Assembly: GCA_016200585.1 (NCBI GenBank)
Contig: JACQEN010000103.1
Location: 1 to 58,188 of the forward strand
Reading direction: 5' to 3'
From: Deltaproteobacteria bacterium
GTDB taxonomy: Bacteria; Desulfobacterota; Binatia; HRBIN30
Length of the DNA: 58,188 nucleotides
Position 1 is the stretch's first letter, and each line of letters begins with the position of its first letter. The position numbers and the translations under genes were made by a program. Of this stretch, positions 9,256-17,734 are shown one piece after another. The notes under the pieces are model-generated. The model was given only the letters and a program-made list of their open reading frames with translations, was not told the DNA's origin and searched no databases.

Positions 9256-10134
9256 TTGCGGCACTTGGCTCACTGCGGCACAGTAACGGCTGTGCTCGGA
9301 TCGACGTCGCTCTCCAGCCTGGCCGTGCGATTCGTCGTCGTGATGTTTTCGGTTGCGGCGATTGCGACGCTGGTGCGCCCGTATCCCGAAACGTCTGCGG
9401 CGGAGAAACAGCCGGAGCCGATCAGCGCGGCCACGGACGTTTCCGGCGCAGCCCCGAAGGCGATCTGGCGTCTGGGTGTCGACGGTTGGTTCATTCGTGT
9501 CGACAATGCCGAGATTGCAATTCCTACGTTCGCGGAACAGGTCCGTATGCACCGTCGTGGCCCGCGCAAAGAGTCGTTCTCACCCTTCGACGACCTGATC
9601 GTCCGCCACGCCAGCGCTCAGGGCTTCGATTGGCGTCTGGTGGCGGCGGTGATCTTCGAGGAATCGAAGTTTGACCCCGACAGCGAAAGCGATCGCGGCG
9701 CGGTGGGTCTGATGCAGGTTCGTCCGATCGCCGCCGAAGCGGTCGGCGAAGCCAGCTCGAAAGATCCTGACGACAATATCCGCACCGGCGTTCTGTATCT
9801 GCATCAGCTCGACAAGATGTTCGCCGACGCAGCGGGCGACGATCGCCTTTGTCTCGTGTTGGCTGCGTACAACATCGGCCCCGGGCACATCCACGACGCT
9901 CAGCAGTTGGCGCGACGATTCGGCCTCGATCCAAATCGCTGGGAGGACGGGATAGCGCGCGTCCTCCCGCTGCTCGAGCAACCGGCGATCAACAAGGACC
10001 TGCCGAACGGTTTTGCGCAGGGCCGCGCGACGATCGGCTATGTGAACCGCATTTTGGATCGTTACGACCGCTATCAGGCCGAGGCCCCCAGCCTTTACGA
10101 GGTTGGCGCCGATAGCGGCGCAGCTCCCGGCTGA
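9256..10134 (+). CDS. membrane-anchored lytic transglycosylase (SLT domain)
   Basis: An N-terminal TM segment (VRFVVVMFSVAAIATLV) is followed by AAVIFEESKFDPDSESDRGAVGLMQV...VLAAYNIGPGHI, which carries the SLT catalytic Glu and GLMQ / AYN motifs. The start is uncertain: TTG 9256, GTG 9325 or ATG 9343. Confidence 0.85.
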   Translation: MRHLAHCGTVTAVLGSTSLSSLAVRFVVVMFSVAAIATLVRPYPETSAAEKQPEPISAATDVSGAAPKAIWRLGVDGWFIRVDNAEIAIPTFAEQVRMHRRGPRKESFSPFDDLIVRHASAQGFDWRLVAAVIFEESKFDPDSESDRGAVGLMQVRPIAAEAVGEASSKDPDDNIRTGVLYLHQLDKMFADAAGDDRLCLVLAAYNIGPGHIHDAQQLARRFGLDPNRWEDGIARVLPLLEQPAINKDLPNGFAQGRATIGYVNRILDRYDRYQAEAPSLYEVGADSGAAPG

Positions 10135-10208
10135 CGTGCCAGCTTGCGAGTCGTCATGACTTCCGGCGGGGCGCCGCCGCATTCATCGGAGCTCCTCGGC
10201 AACCCCTT

Positions 10209-11714
10209 CTACTGAGCGGCCACTGCCAAATCATGCCCCGGGACAGGCCGCCTTAGCGTGAGTCTCTGACGCTGTGGGTGCTTGGGTGTCGACGGTGTCG
10301 TGGCCGGGGCGATGAGGCCGGCCGCCGCACGTAACTCGGAGAAGGCCGCTTGCACGTCGGCAGCGAGCTGGTGGATATCGGCAACCAGGTCCCAGTCGCC
10401 GACGAAGCCGAAGGTGAAGTGATCGACATAACTGAAGAGCGCGATGCCGAGACCCTGGTTTTCGAAGAGCGGAACGTGCGGATACGCAGCAACCATCGGC
10501 GCGTCGAGCAAGTAGAGAGGTATGGGCGGCCCCGGGACATTGGTGACGATCAGATTGAAGACACGCGAGCGTGTCAGTAGACGAGTCGCCAACCCGACGA
10601 CCAGCGACGTCGTCCAATCCGCCGTTTGCGTCAAAACTTCTCCGCCCAAAGCCGAGTGATCGTTCTTGTAGCGCTCCGTCGTTTCACGAATTCGCTCGTA
10701 GCGGCGCAACGGGTTGGGCTCGTCGAGCGGTAGCGGCGTGAGCCACATCGAAACGCGGTTCCCTGCCTGGCCGCGCTCATCCTGGTTGCGGACGCTGACC
10801 GGGACGAGAACGCGAAATTCTCCGCCGACGGCCTCGTCGCGTCGTAAGAAGAAGCGGCGCAAGGCGCCGGCCATGGTCGTCAGCACGACGTCATTGAGCG
10901 CACCACCCAAGCGCGCCTTGATCGCCTTGAGCTCGGCCAGCTCGAAGCTCAGCCAATCGACACGACGATGCGGGCTGATGGGTTGGTTCAGGGAGGTTTC
11001 TGCCGATCCGGGGAGACCGGTGCGAACGAGGTCCCAGACAGCCGAGATCCGACTTCCGAGATCGGTGGGCGTCGGGAGCTCACCGCGCCACAAGCGCGGT
11101 GCTCGTTGGAGAAGGCTCCACGCCGTACGCGCGCGACGGCCGACGTCGTCGCGCAGCATGCCTCCGGTGTCGGGGGTAGGTCGCGGCGTCCAGCGCTCGA
11201 CCTTGTCGCTTTCGCTCTGCGCTTGCATTCCGAGGAGCGCGGCCAGGATGTCGACGCCGGCAATGCCGTCGACCATGCAATGATGCACCTTCGCCAGCAT
11301 GGCGAAACGGTTGCCCGGTAGTCCTTCGATCAGCCACAGCTCCCAAAGCGGGCGGCCGCGATCGAGCGGCTGTTCGAGCAGTCGGGCGCACAGAGTCTGC
11401 AGCTGGCGGTCCGTGCCCGGGCTGGGCAAACGCGTGTGGCGTACGTGATATTCGAGGTCGAAATCCGCATCGTCGATCCACACCGGATCGTTGGTGACCG
11501 GAATGTAGGCCAGGCGCTGGCGGTAGCGCGGGATCAAGCGCAGACGCGATGCGATATGTCGTCGGATCCGCCTGATGTCGAGGCCGCCGCGGGCGCGGGC
11601 CAGTGTTCCGGGTTCGAAGATCGCCGTCAGAGCGACGTGCATGTAGGTGTTCTGCGTCTCAAAGTGCAAGAAGGCCTGATCCAGTCCTGACAACCGTTCA
11701 TACCAAGTGTCCAT
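10209..11714 (-). CDS. wax ester synthase / acyl-CoA:diacylglycerol acyltransferase (WS/DGAT)
   Basis: MDTWYERLSGLDQAFLHFE... with the HHCMVDGIAG = HHxxxDG active-site motif, about 500 aa. I prefer ATG 11714 (GAGG SD 6 nt upstream) over GTG 11720. Confidence 0.92.
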   Translation of the reverse strand: MDTWYERLSGLDQAFLHFETQNTYMHVALTAIFEPGTLARARGGLDIRRIRRHIASRLRLIPRYRQRLAYIPVTNDPVWIDDADFDLEYHVRHTRLPSPGTDRQLQTLCARLLEQPLDRGRPLWELWLIEGLPGNRFAMLAKVHHCMVDGIAGVDILAALLGMQAQSESDKVERWTPRPTPDTGGMLRDDVGRRARTAWSLLQRAPRLWRGELPTPTDLGSRISAVWDLVRTGLPGSAETSLNQPISPHRRVDWLSFELAELKAIKARLGGALNDVVLTTMAGALRRFFLRRDEAVGGEFRVLVPVSVRNQDERGQAGNRVSMWLTPLPLDEPNPLRRYERIRETTERYKNDHSALGGEVLTQTADWTTSLVVGLATRLLTRSRVFNLIVTNVPGPPIPLYLLDAPMVAAYPHVPLFENQGLGIALFSYVDHFTFGFVGDWDLVADIHQLAADVQAAFSELRAAAGLIAPATTPSTPKHPQRQRLTLRRPVPGHDLAVAAQ

Positions 11715-11739
11715 CACCACACCTCACCAGGACAGGAGA

Positions 11740-11754
11740 GCAACGGCGGTGCCA
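11740..11754 (-). promoter_or_regulatory. sigma-54 (RpoN) -24/-12 promoter candidate upstream of WS/DGAT
   Basis: The reverse strand reads TGGCACcgccgTTGCT, a perfect TGGCAC-N5-TTGCW. The -12 GC lies about 26 nt upstream of ATG 11714, and the predicted short leader still contains the GAGG SD. Confidence 0.55.
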
Positions 11755-11900
11755 GTAACGATGGAGTAGGGCCGGTATACACGCGGCATGTCACCCGTGC
11801 TGCCTGCTTACTCTTTGGGCGAGGTGTGCTCAGGAAGTGGTCATGGAACGCGCGACCGGACGAGGAGGCCACCCCAGTCGCGGGCGTATCTGGCGTGCCG

Positions 11901-12674
11901 CTACGATTGCGCTACGAAGCGGCGCTGCAGTCGGCGCATGCCTCCGAGCCAACGATCGTAGTCGGCGGTCTTGCGACGCAAGTATTCGGCGACCTGCGGG
12001 TGCGGCAGAATCAGGAAGCGTTCGTCGGCCAGGCCTTCGACGACGGTTTGTGCCACCTGGTCGGGTTCGAGCACGCCGTCGACGCCGGCGACACCGCCTT
12101 CTTCGGTACCGAGAATCATGTTGGTGCGTACGGCCTGCGGGCACAGCACCGACACCTTGATCCCCTGATCGCCGTGCGTGATGGACAACCACTCGGCAAA
12201 GGCTACCGCCGCATGCTTGGTGACCGCGTAGGTCGCCGAACCGATCTGGCTCAACAGTCCGGCGGCGGAGGCGGTGTGCAAGAGATAGCCGCCGCCACGG
12301 GCGATCATCCCCGGCAACAAAGCGCGTGCGGCGTAGACGTGCGCCATGACATTGACTTCCCAGATTTGTTGCCACTGCGCGTTGGGTGTTTCGACGCCAC
12401 CGATCGTCAGAATGCCGGCGTTGGAACACCACAGATCGATCGTGCCGAAGCGCTTCTCGACTTCGCGCACAACACCGGCGACTTCGTCTTCGCTGGCGAC
12501 GTTGGCCTGAAGCGCGGTGCCCCCAGCCGTGTGGGCGACCTTTTGTGCGTTGGCCAGATCGCGATCCACTGCCACCACAGCGCGCGCCCCTTCCTGGGCA
12601 AAGCGTCGAACCATGGCCGCACCAATTCCGTTTGCGCCGCCGGTGACGACGGCAACTTTGTCGCGTATGTTCAT
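11901..12674 (-). CDS. short-chain dehydrogenase/reductase (SDR)
   Basis: 257 aa. MNIRDKVAVVTGGANGIGAAM (TGxxxGxG), NAG, and the Y..xK region (SATYAVTKHAAV). Confidence 0.9.
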   Translation of the reverse strand: MNIRDKVAVVTGGANGIGAAMVRRFAQEGARAVVAVDRDLANAQKVAHTAGGTALQANVASEDEVAGVVREVEKRFGTIDLWCSNAGILTIGGVETPNAQWQQIWEVNVMAHVYAARALLPGMIARGGGYLLHTASAAGLLSQIGSATYAVTKHAAVAFAEWLSITHGDQGIKVSVLCPQAVRTNMILGTEEGGVAGVDGVLEPDQVAQTVVEGLADERFLILPHPQVAEYLRRKTADYDRWLGGMRRLQRRFVAQS

Positions 12675-12857
12675 GCCGAGAGTCTACGACAAGGTGTGCC
12701 TGCGAGGGAAGTGAAGGAAGGCTGTTTCACCCCGTGCATTCCTCTAGTAGGAGGAACCGCGGAGAGAACGACATGGGCCGACGAAGGGGGAACGCACGAT
12801 GCACAAGCGGAGGTTCACGGCGATGAACCGAACGAGTCTGCTCCTGTGCTGCAATCG

Positions 12858-13766
12858 ATGAGCGGCCAGGTGCACCATACGTCGCCCACATCCGTTCGGC
12901 CTGCGTCGCGGCCGATCTTCACTACCGATGCGAACCTGACGTACATTCGTACCGGCTTGCCCGCTGCCCGCCGGCACGATCTCTATCATTGGCTTCTGCG
13001 ATCGAGTTGGGTGGTCCTCTTCAGCCTCTTGGTGTCAGTCTTCCTCACCATCAACTGCGTCTTTGCCACCATCTATCTGCTGCTCGGCGACGGTATTGCC
13101 AACGCGCGGCCGGGGTCGTTCGGCGACGTCTTCTTTTTCAGTGTGCAGACCATCGCAACGATCGGTTACGGCGTGATGGCGCCGCGTTCTTTGCCGGCGC
13201 ATCTGGTGGTGACCGCGGAAGTGTTGTGTGGGTTCATCATGCTGGCCGTGGTGACGGGGCTGACCTTTGCGAAATTCTCGAGGCCGACGGCGCGCGTATT
13301 GTTCAGCAAGCCGACGCTGATCTCGATGCGTGACGGTGTGCCGTCGTTGGTCTTCCGCATGGCCAACGCCCGCGGCACCGGCATGGTGGAAGCTCGGGCC
13401 CACGTGGTCTTCAGCCGCGATGAAGTGACGGCCGAGGGGGAAGCGGTGCGCCGGTTCTATGATCTTCCCCTGCTGCGCGACCAGAACATAATGTTCGCGT
13501 TGAGTTGGACCGTGGTGCACCCGATTCGCGAAGACAGCCCGCTGTTCGGTCAAACCGCCGACTCGCTTGCTGCCGACGAGGCGGCGGTGATCGTTTCCGT
13601 GACCGGTCTCGACGAAGTGCTGGGGCAAACCGTCCACGCGCGGCATGCCTACGAGTCGCAGGACATTCACTGGGGCAAACGCTTCGTCGACATCCTATCG
13701 GTCGACGGCGACGGACGCCGGACGATCGACTATGCTCGCTTTCATGATCTTGCCGACGACGCGTAG
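12858..13766 (+). CDS. inward-rectifier-type K+ channel (KirBac-like)
   Basis: Two TM helices flank a pore helix and the TIGYG selectivity filter (FFFSVQTIATIGYGVMAP), followed by a beta-rich cytoplasmic domain (LVFRMANARG...ALSWTVVHPI). I chose ATG 12858 as the start. The first 344 codons of ORF 11826..13766 are the antisense shadow of the SDR gene. Confidence 0.85.
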   Translation: MSGQVHHTSPTSVRPASRPIFTTDANLTYIRTGLPAARRHDLYHWLLRSSWVVLFSLLVSVFLTINCVFATIYLLLGDGIANARPGSFGDVFFFSVQTIATIGYGVMAPRSLPAHLVVTAEVLCGFIMLAVVTGLTFAKFSRPTARVLFSKPTLISMRDGVPSLVFRMANARGTGMVEARAHVVFSRDEVTAEGEAVRRFYDLPLLRDQNIMFALSWTVVHPIREDSPLFGQTADSLAADEAAVIVSVTGLDEVLGQTVHARHAYESQDIHWGKRFVDILSVDGDGRRTIDYARFHDLADDA

Positions 13767-13826
13767 GCGGCTGTCCAATCGGCGTTCGCTTCGGGTTGCA
13801 TTCGCAGAATCTTCGGAGGTGATTCG

Positions 13827-14525
13827 ATGATCAGTCGACGGCGCAGTGAAGAACGTGGTGCGACCCATCTGGCTTGGCTCGACAGCAAGCACACGTTTTC
13901 GTTTGGCGACTACTATGACCCGCAGAACATGGGGTTTCACAAGCTGCGCGTGATCAATGACGATCGGGTTGCGGCGGGCGGCGGCTTTGCGATGCACGGG
14001 CATCGCGACATGGAGATCGTCACGTATGTCCTGGAGGGGGCCTTGGAGCACAAGGACAGCCTCGGCAACGGTTCGATCATTCGTCCTGGCGATGCGCAGC
14101 GCATGAGCGCGGGGACGGGTATTCAGCACAGCGAGTTCAATCATTCGAAGGCCGAGGTGGTCCATTTCCTACAGATCTGGATTCTGCCGGCGCAGTTGGG
14201 GCTGCCACCGAGCTACGAGCAGAAGACGATACCGGCCGAGGAATTGCGCCGCCGGTTGCGCTGCATCGTGGCTCCCGACGGCCGCGACGGCGCGATTGCG
14301 ATTCATCAGGATTGCCTGCTCTATGCGGCGCGCTTGGCGGCTGGCGAGAGTGTGGCTCACGCCTTGCCGGCAGGCCGACACGCCTGGGTCCAAGTCGCGC
14401 GCGGTGCGGCGACCATCAACGGCGAAGCTTTCGTCGAGGGTGACGGAGCGGCGCTGAGCAACGAGCCGAGGGTCGATATCGCCTCCACCAAAGGTGGTGA
14501 AGTTCTGTTGTTCGACATCGCCTGA
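13827..14525 (+). CDS. pirin family protein (bicupin, YhhW-like)
   Basis: 232 aa. HLAWLDSKHTFSFGDYYDP...GFAMHGHRDMEIVTYVLEGALEHKDSLGN carries the pirin metal-binding His/Glu motif. Confidence 0.92.
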   Translation: MISRRRSEERGATHLAWLDSKHTFSFGDYYDPQNMGFHKLRVINDDRVAAGGGFAMHGHRDMEIVTYVLEGALEHKDSLGNGSIIRPGDAQRMSAGTGIQHSEFNHSKAEVVHFLQIWILPAQLGLPPSYEQKTIPAEELRRRLRCIVAPDGRDGAIAIHQDCLLYAARLAAGESVAHALPAGRHAWVQVARGAATINGEAFVEGDGAALSNEPRVDIASTKGGEVLLFDIA

Positions 14526-14544
14526 TCTGCGCTCGGGTCGGGCG

Positions 14545-17500
14545 CTACATCTTGGCGTTGATCGCTGGCGCGGCGAGCTTGAGGACGCTCAAGGGCAGGG
14601 CGGATGTGAATTCGTATTGCGCCGCGTCTTTGCCTGGGACATGTGCGGTGATCACGCCGAAATATCGGTCGCCGATGTAGAAGACGAAAGTCGCCGTGCG
14701 ACTGACGGCGCGCGAGGAGATCACGCCTCCCGAGCGCGAAAAGGTCTCGAAGCGATTGTCGCCCGAACCGGTCTTGCCACCGACGATCAGTGTCTTGCCG
14801 TGCGACTGAAAAGCGCCTTTGACGCGCCGCGCCGTACCCGCATCGACGACTTCGGAGATCGCCGATCGCAGCGTTTGCGCGACCTCGGGCTCCATCACCC
14901 GCTGGCCCGTATCGTGTGTCGGTACCATCACCGTTTCGTAGGGCGTGCGGCTGGCGAAGTGCAAACGATGGATGCGCTGCAGCGGCAGGCGCATGCCGTC
15001 GTTGACGATGATCCCCATCAAATCAGCCAGTGCGATGGGTCGATCCGAAGAGTTGCCGAGTGCCGTCGCGAGAGAGGGAATGAGGTGTTCAAATGGAAAC
15101 CCGAGGTGTTGCCAGTAGGGAGTCATGCGTGCGAACGCGTCTTGCTCGACTCGGATACGCAGGCGCGTGTCTTGCGCATGTCGATTGCGGGTCTTGAACA
15201 GCCACGCCGATGCCGTGCGCCGTGCTTCGGTGCTGCGGGCGTAGAGCTGATCCCAAGTGAGATTCGACTGGCGCACGAGTTGGCCGGTTGTCCAGACCTC
15301 GAGGGAATTGCGCCCCAGAAGGTATCCGTAGTCGGCGATCGTCAAGCGCGGGTTTGAGTACGCCTTGTAGAGGCGGTGTACTTCTTGCGGCGACAGCGCA
15401 ACGGTTTTGAGCCGCAGCCAGCGGCCCAGTTCTTCTTCGCTCGTGCCGATCTTCCAGGCGAAAAAGAGGATTGCCAGATGACGCGGCGACGTAACGCGGC
15501 CGCCGAGCATGCGATCGGCGATGCGCTCGGGCTTGAGATCGGCGTAGCGTCGGTAGGTGTGCCAGAGGAATCGATGCGCTTCGTTGTCGGCGATCTCGGC
15601 GAGCATGGTTTGGCGCACGGGGTTGTCGGGGTCGTCGAGAATCGTGCCGGCTTCGTACGGCAGGCGAGCTTGATGGAAGCGTACCAGATCGCGCATGAGA
15701 CGCACGAACACCAGGTTGGTCGACTTTCGCAAGGCTTCGCGCAGGGTGAGAATTCGCCCGTTGTCGTTGCGATCAAAGTTTCCGAAGGTGTGAACGCCCG
15801 ACCCCGTGAAGAAGGATTCGCCGGGATTCGCCGAGTACTTGCGTTCGAGCGATTGTGCCAGCAGCGACGACAGCTCGATCTGCGGTTGGCTTTGAATGGT
15901 TTCGATGGCCCACTTGGTGATCGGATCGTGTGCCAGCTTGGCAGGTTCGGTGAGATCAGCGGCCGGTCGCCCGCTCCACTCGTGGTGGAGCTGGGCGACG
16001 ATCTCGAGGTAGTGCGCCAGCGTCCGCAGTTTGGCAGTGCTGCCGAGCTCCATCTTGATTCCGTCATTGATGTCGAAGGGCCGGTCGAGATTGTCGGTGT
16101 GGACGCGCGCTAGATTGCCCGCTTGCGTGCGCTCGAACAGCACCAGGCTGTAAATGACCTTCGACGGGTCGCCGGTGCGCAGCAGATGTTCGCCTTTGAG
16201 GTCGTCGGCGCTGACACAGCGCGGGTCGGCGAGATCGAGGAAGAGCTGTGTGATCTCTTGCTGCAGCGCCATGTCGACCGTGCTGTCGACGGTCAGGTCG
16301 AGACGGTCCATGTCGTACAGACTGTTCATGCGCAAAGTTCGCAAGAGGTGGGTGCGCACGGCGGAGAGGCCCTTGCGCTCGATGAACGGTTGCGCCGCGG
16401 TTAGCGGTACGTACGGCAGGAATTCGATCTGTGTTTGCTGAAGTGCTCGGGCGAACGACGAATCGATTTTGCCGGCCTGTGCGAGAAGGTCGGTGTAGCC
16501 GGTGACGCGTTGCTCGAGTGCGACCGGTGAATGGGACAGATAGTCGGTCGGCGCCCGCACAGCGGCAATCAGTGTCAGCACCTGTTTGAAGGCGCGAACC
16601 TTGGATGGGTCGGTCGCTTCGGTCCGCAGCGCCGAAACGATGTCGCGCAGATCGACCCCGAACCAAGCCCGCAGTCCGGCGCCGAGCCCATAGACTTCTC
16701 CGTACCCCGGTGCGGCGGCCAGAGGGATGGTGTTCAAGTAGTCGACGATGATCTGCCGGCGCTGGCGGCTGGTGTCCTCGCCATCCTGATACGAGCGTAA
16801 GCTCGCCGCCAACAGCTGGCGTAGCTTGTCGAAACCTGAGCTCGTACGGCCGCCCGGAGAGTGGCGGTACTTTTCGAGCTGCACGGCCAGAGTGCTGCCG
16901 CCCTGTAAGTCGACCGGTACGCCAAGCTTGGTGCCGATGAATAGCAGGCCGGCATGCGCCAAGCGGTCCCATTCGATGGCCGGATTGGTACGCGGGTCCA
17001 ACGGCGTCAGCAGCTCGCGATTTTCGATGAACAGCAGTGCGTCGACGATCAGCGCTGGAATGTCTTCGAAGCTCTGGAAGGTTTCGTTTTCATGCACTGC
17101 ATTGAAGAGCGTCGCGCCGTCCGGTCCGCGGATGACCAAGCCGGCAGCCGGCGGTTCGTCGTACGGCGGTGCGACATTCCAAGCCAGGAGCTGCCGTAGC
17201 TCGTTCGAAGCACGCGCTTGAGCTACGACGCGGAAACCCTGGCGCTCCAGGAGGTTCTGAAAGATCGGTAGGGCCGAATAGCCACGGTAGTGATCGAACG
17301 GTCCGCTATGCGGAAACGCAATGCTGTGGCTGGCGCCGGGAGAGACGCGAAAGGTCACTCGCGCGGCGTAATCGGAAAACACGCGCGCTTGCAGAGCCGA
17401 AGTGTCGAGCTCGTAGACCAACGCGGCGCCCACGACGGTTCCGAGGAGCAGCTCGGAGGCGGCAATGAACCAGCGCAGGACGTGTGCGGTTACTTGCGCG

Positions 17501-17586
17501 GCGGCGGCAAGCCGAGCGTTGGGCAGAGCCTGAACGCCATCGACTCGAGGGGGGGATGATGAACCAAGCACCCACCTTATGCGCAT
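14545..17586 (-). CDS. class A penicillin-binding protein-like (GT51 transglycosylase + expanded transpeptidase)
   Basis: 1013 aa. GT51 motifs are present: ALLFIENRELL (EDxxF-like) and GGSTLAVQLEKY. Transpeptidase motifs are STAK (SxxK, ~aa 516), STN (SxN, ~aa 622) and KTGS (~aa 937). An N-terminal TM helix is present. Confidence 0.85.
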   Translation of the reverse strand: MRIRWVLGSSSPPRVDGVQALPNARLAAAAQVTAHVLRWFIAASELLLGTVVGAALVYELDTSALQARVFSDYAARVTFRVSPGASHSIAFPHSGPFDHYRGYSALPIFQNLLERQGFRVVAQARASNELRQLLAWNVAPPYDEPPAAGLVIRGPDGATLFNAVHENETFQSFEDIPALIVDALLFIENRELLTPLDPRTNPAIEWDRLAHAGLLFIGTKLGVPVDLQGGSTLAVQLEKYRHSPGGRTSSGFDKLRQLLAASLRSYQDGEDTSRQRRQIIVDYLNTIPLAAAPGYGEVYGLGAGLRAWFGVDLRDIVSALRTEATDPSKVRAFKQVLTLIAAVRAPTDYLSHSPVALEQRVTGYTDLLAQAGKIDSSFARALQQTQIEFLPYVPLTAAQPFIERKGLSAVRTHLLRTLRMNSLYDMDRLDLTVDSTVDMALQQEITQLFLDLADPRCVSADDLKGEHLLRTGDPSKVIYSLVLFERTQAGNLARVHTDNLDRPFDINDGIKMELGSTAKLRTLAHYLEIVAQLHHEWSGRPAADLTEPAKLAHDPITKWAIETIQSQPQIELSSLLAQSLERKYSANPGESFFTGSGVHTFGNFDRNDNGRILTLREALRKSTNLVFVRLMRDLVRFHQARLPYEAGTILDDPDNPVRQTMLAEIADNEAHRFLWHTYRRYADLKPERIADRMLGGRVTSPRHLAILFFAWKIGTSEEELGRWLRLKTVALSPQEVHRLYKAYSNPRLTIADYGYLLGRNSLEVWTTGQLVRQSNLTWDQLYARSTEARRTASAWLFKTRNRHAQDTRLRIRVEQDAFARMTPYWQHLGFPFEHLIPSLATALGNSSDRPIALADLMGIIVNDGMRLPLQRIHRLHFASRTPYETVMVPTHDTGQRVMEPEVAQTLRSAISEVVDAGTARRVKGAFQSHGKTLIVGGKTGSGDNRFETFSRSGGVISSRAVSRTATFVFYIGDRYFGVITAHVPGKDAAQYEFTSALPLSVLKLAAPAINAKM

Positions 17587-17685
17587 TGGGCGCTTCTCCT
17601 ACAACGCTCCGCGATCCGAATCTAGCACTGATTTGCACCATTCAAGCGATTCTTCCGCCGGCGCGCGGCATGTCGCCGCCCTCCA

Positions 17686-17713
17686 TTGCGCGCAGTTCCA
17701 ACGAAGGCATAAT
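17686..17713 (+). promoter_or_regulatory. sigma-70-type promoter candidate for citrate synthase
   Basis: TTGCGC-N16-CATAAT. The -10 element ends 21 nt before ATG 17735, and the leader retains a GAGG SD. Confidence 0.3.
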
Positions 17714-17734
17714 GGCACCCGAGGTAATGAAGAC

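Noticed and set aside
11826-12857. N-terminal 344 codons of the 646-aa ORF that ends as the Kir channel.
   Set aside because: This part is the antisense shadow of the SDR gene (11901..12674) and has no channel-related sequence. The channel is a normal KirBac length when started at ATG 12858.
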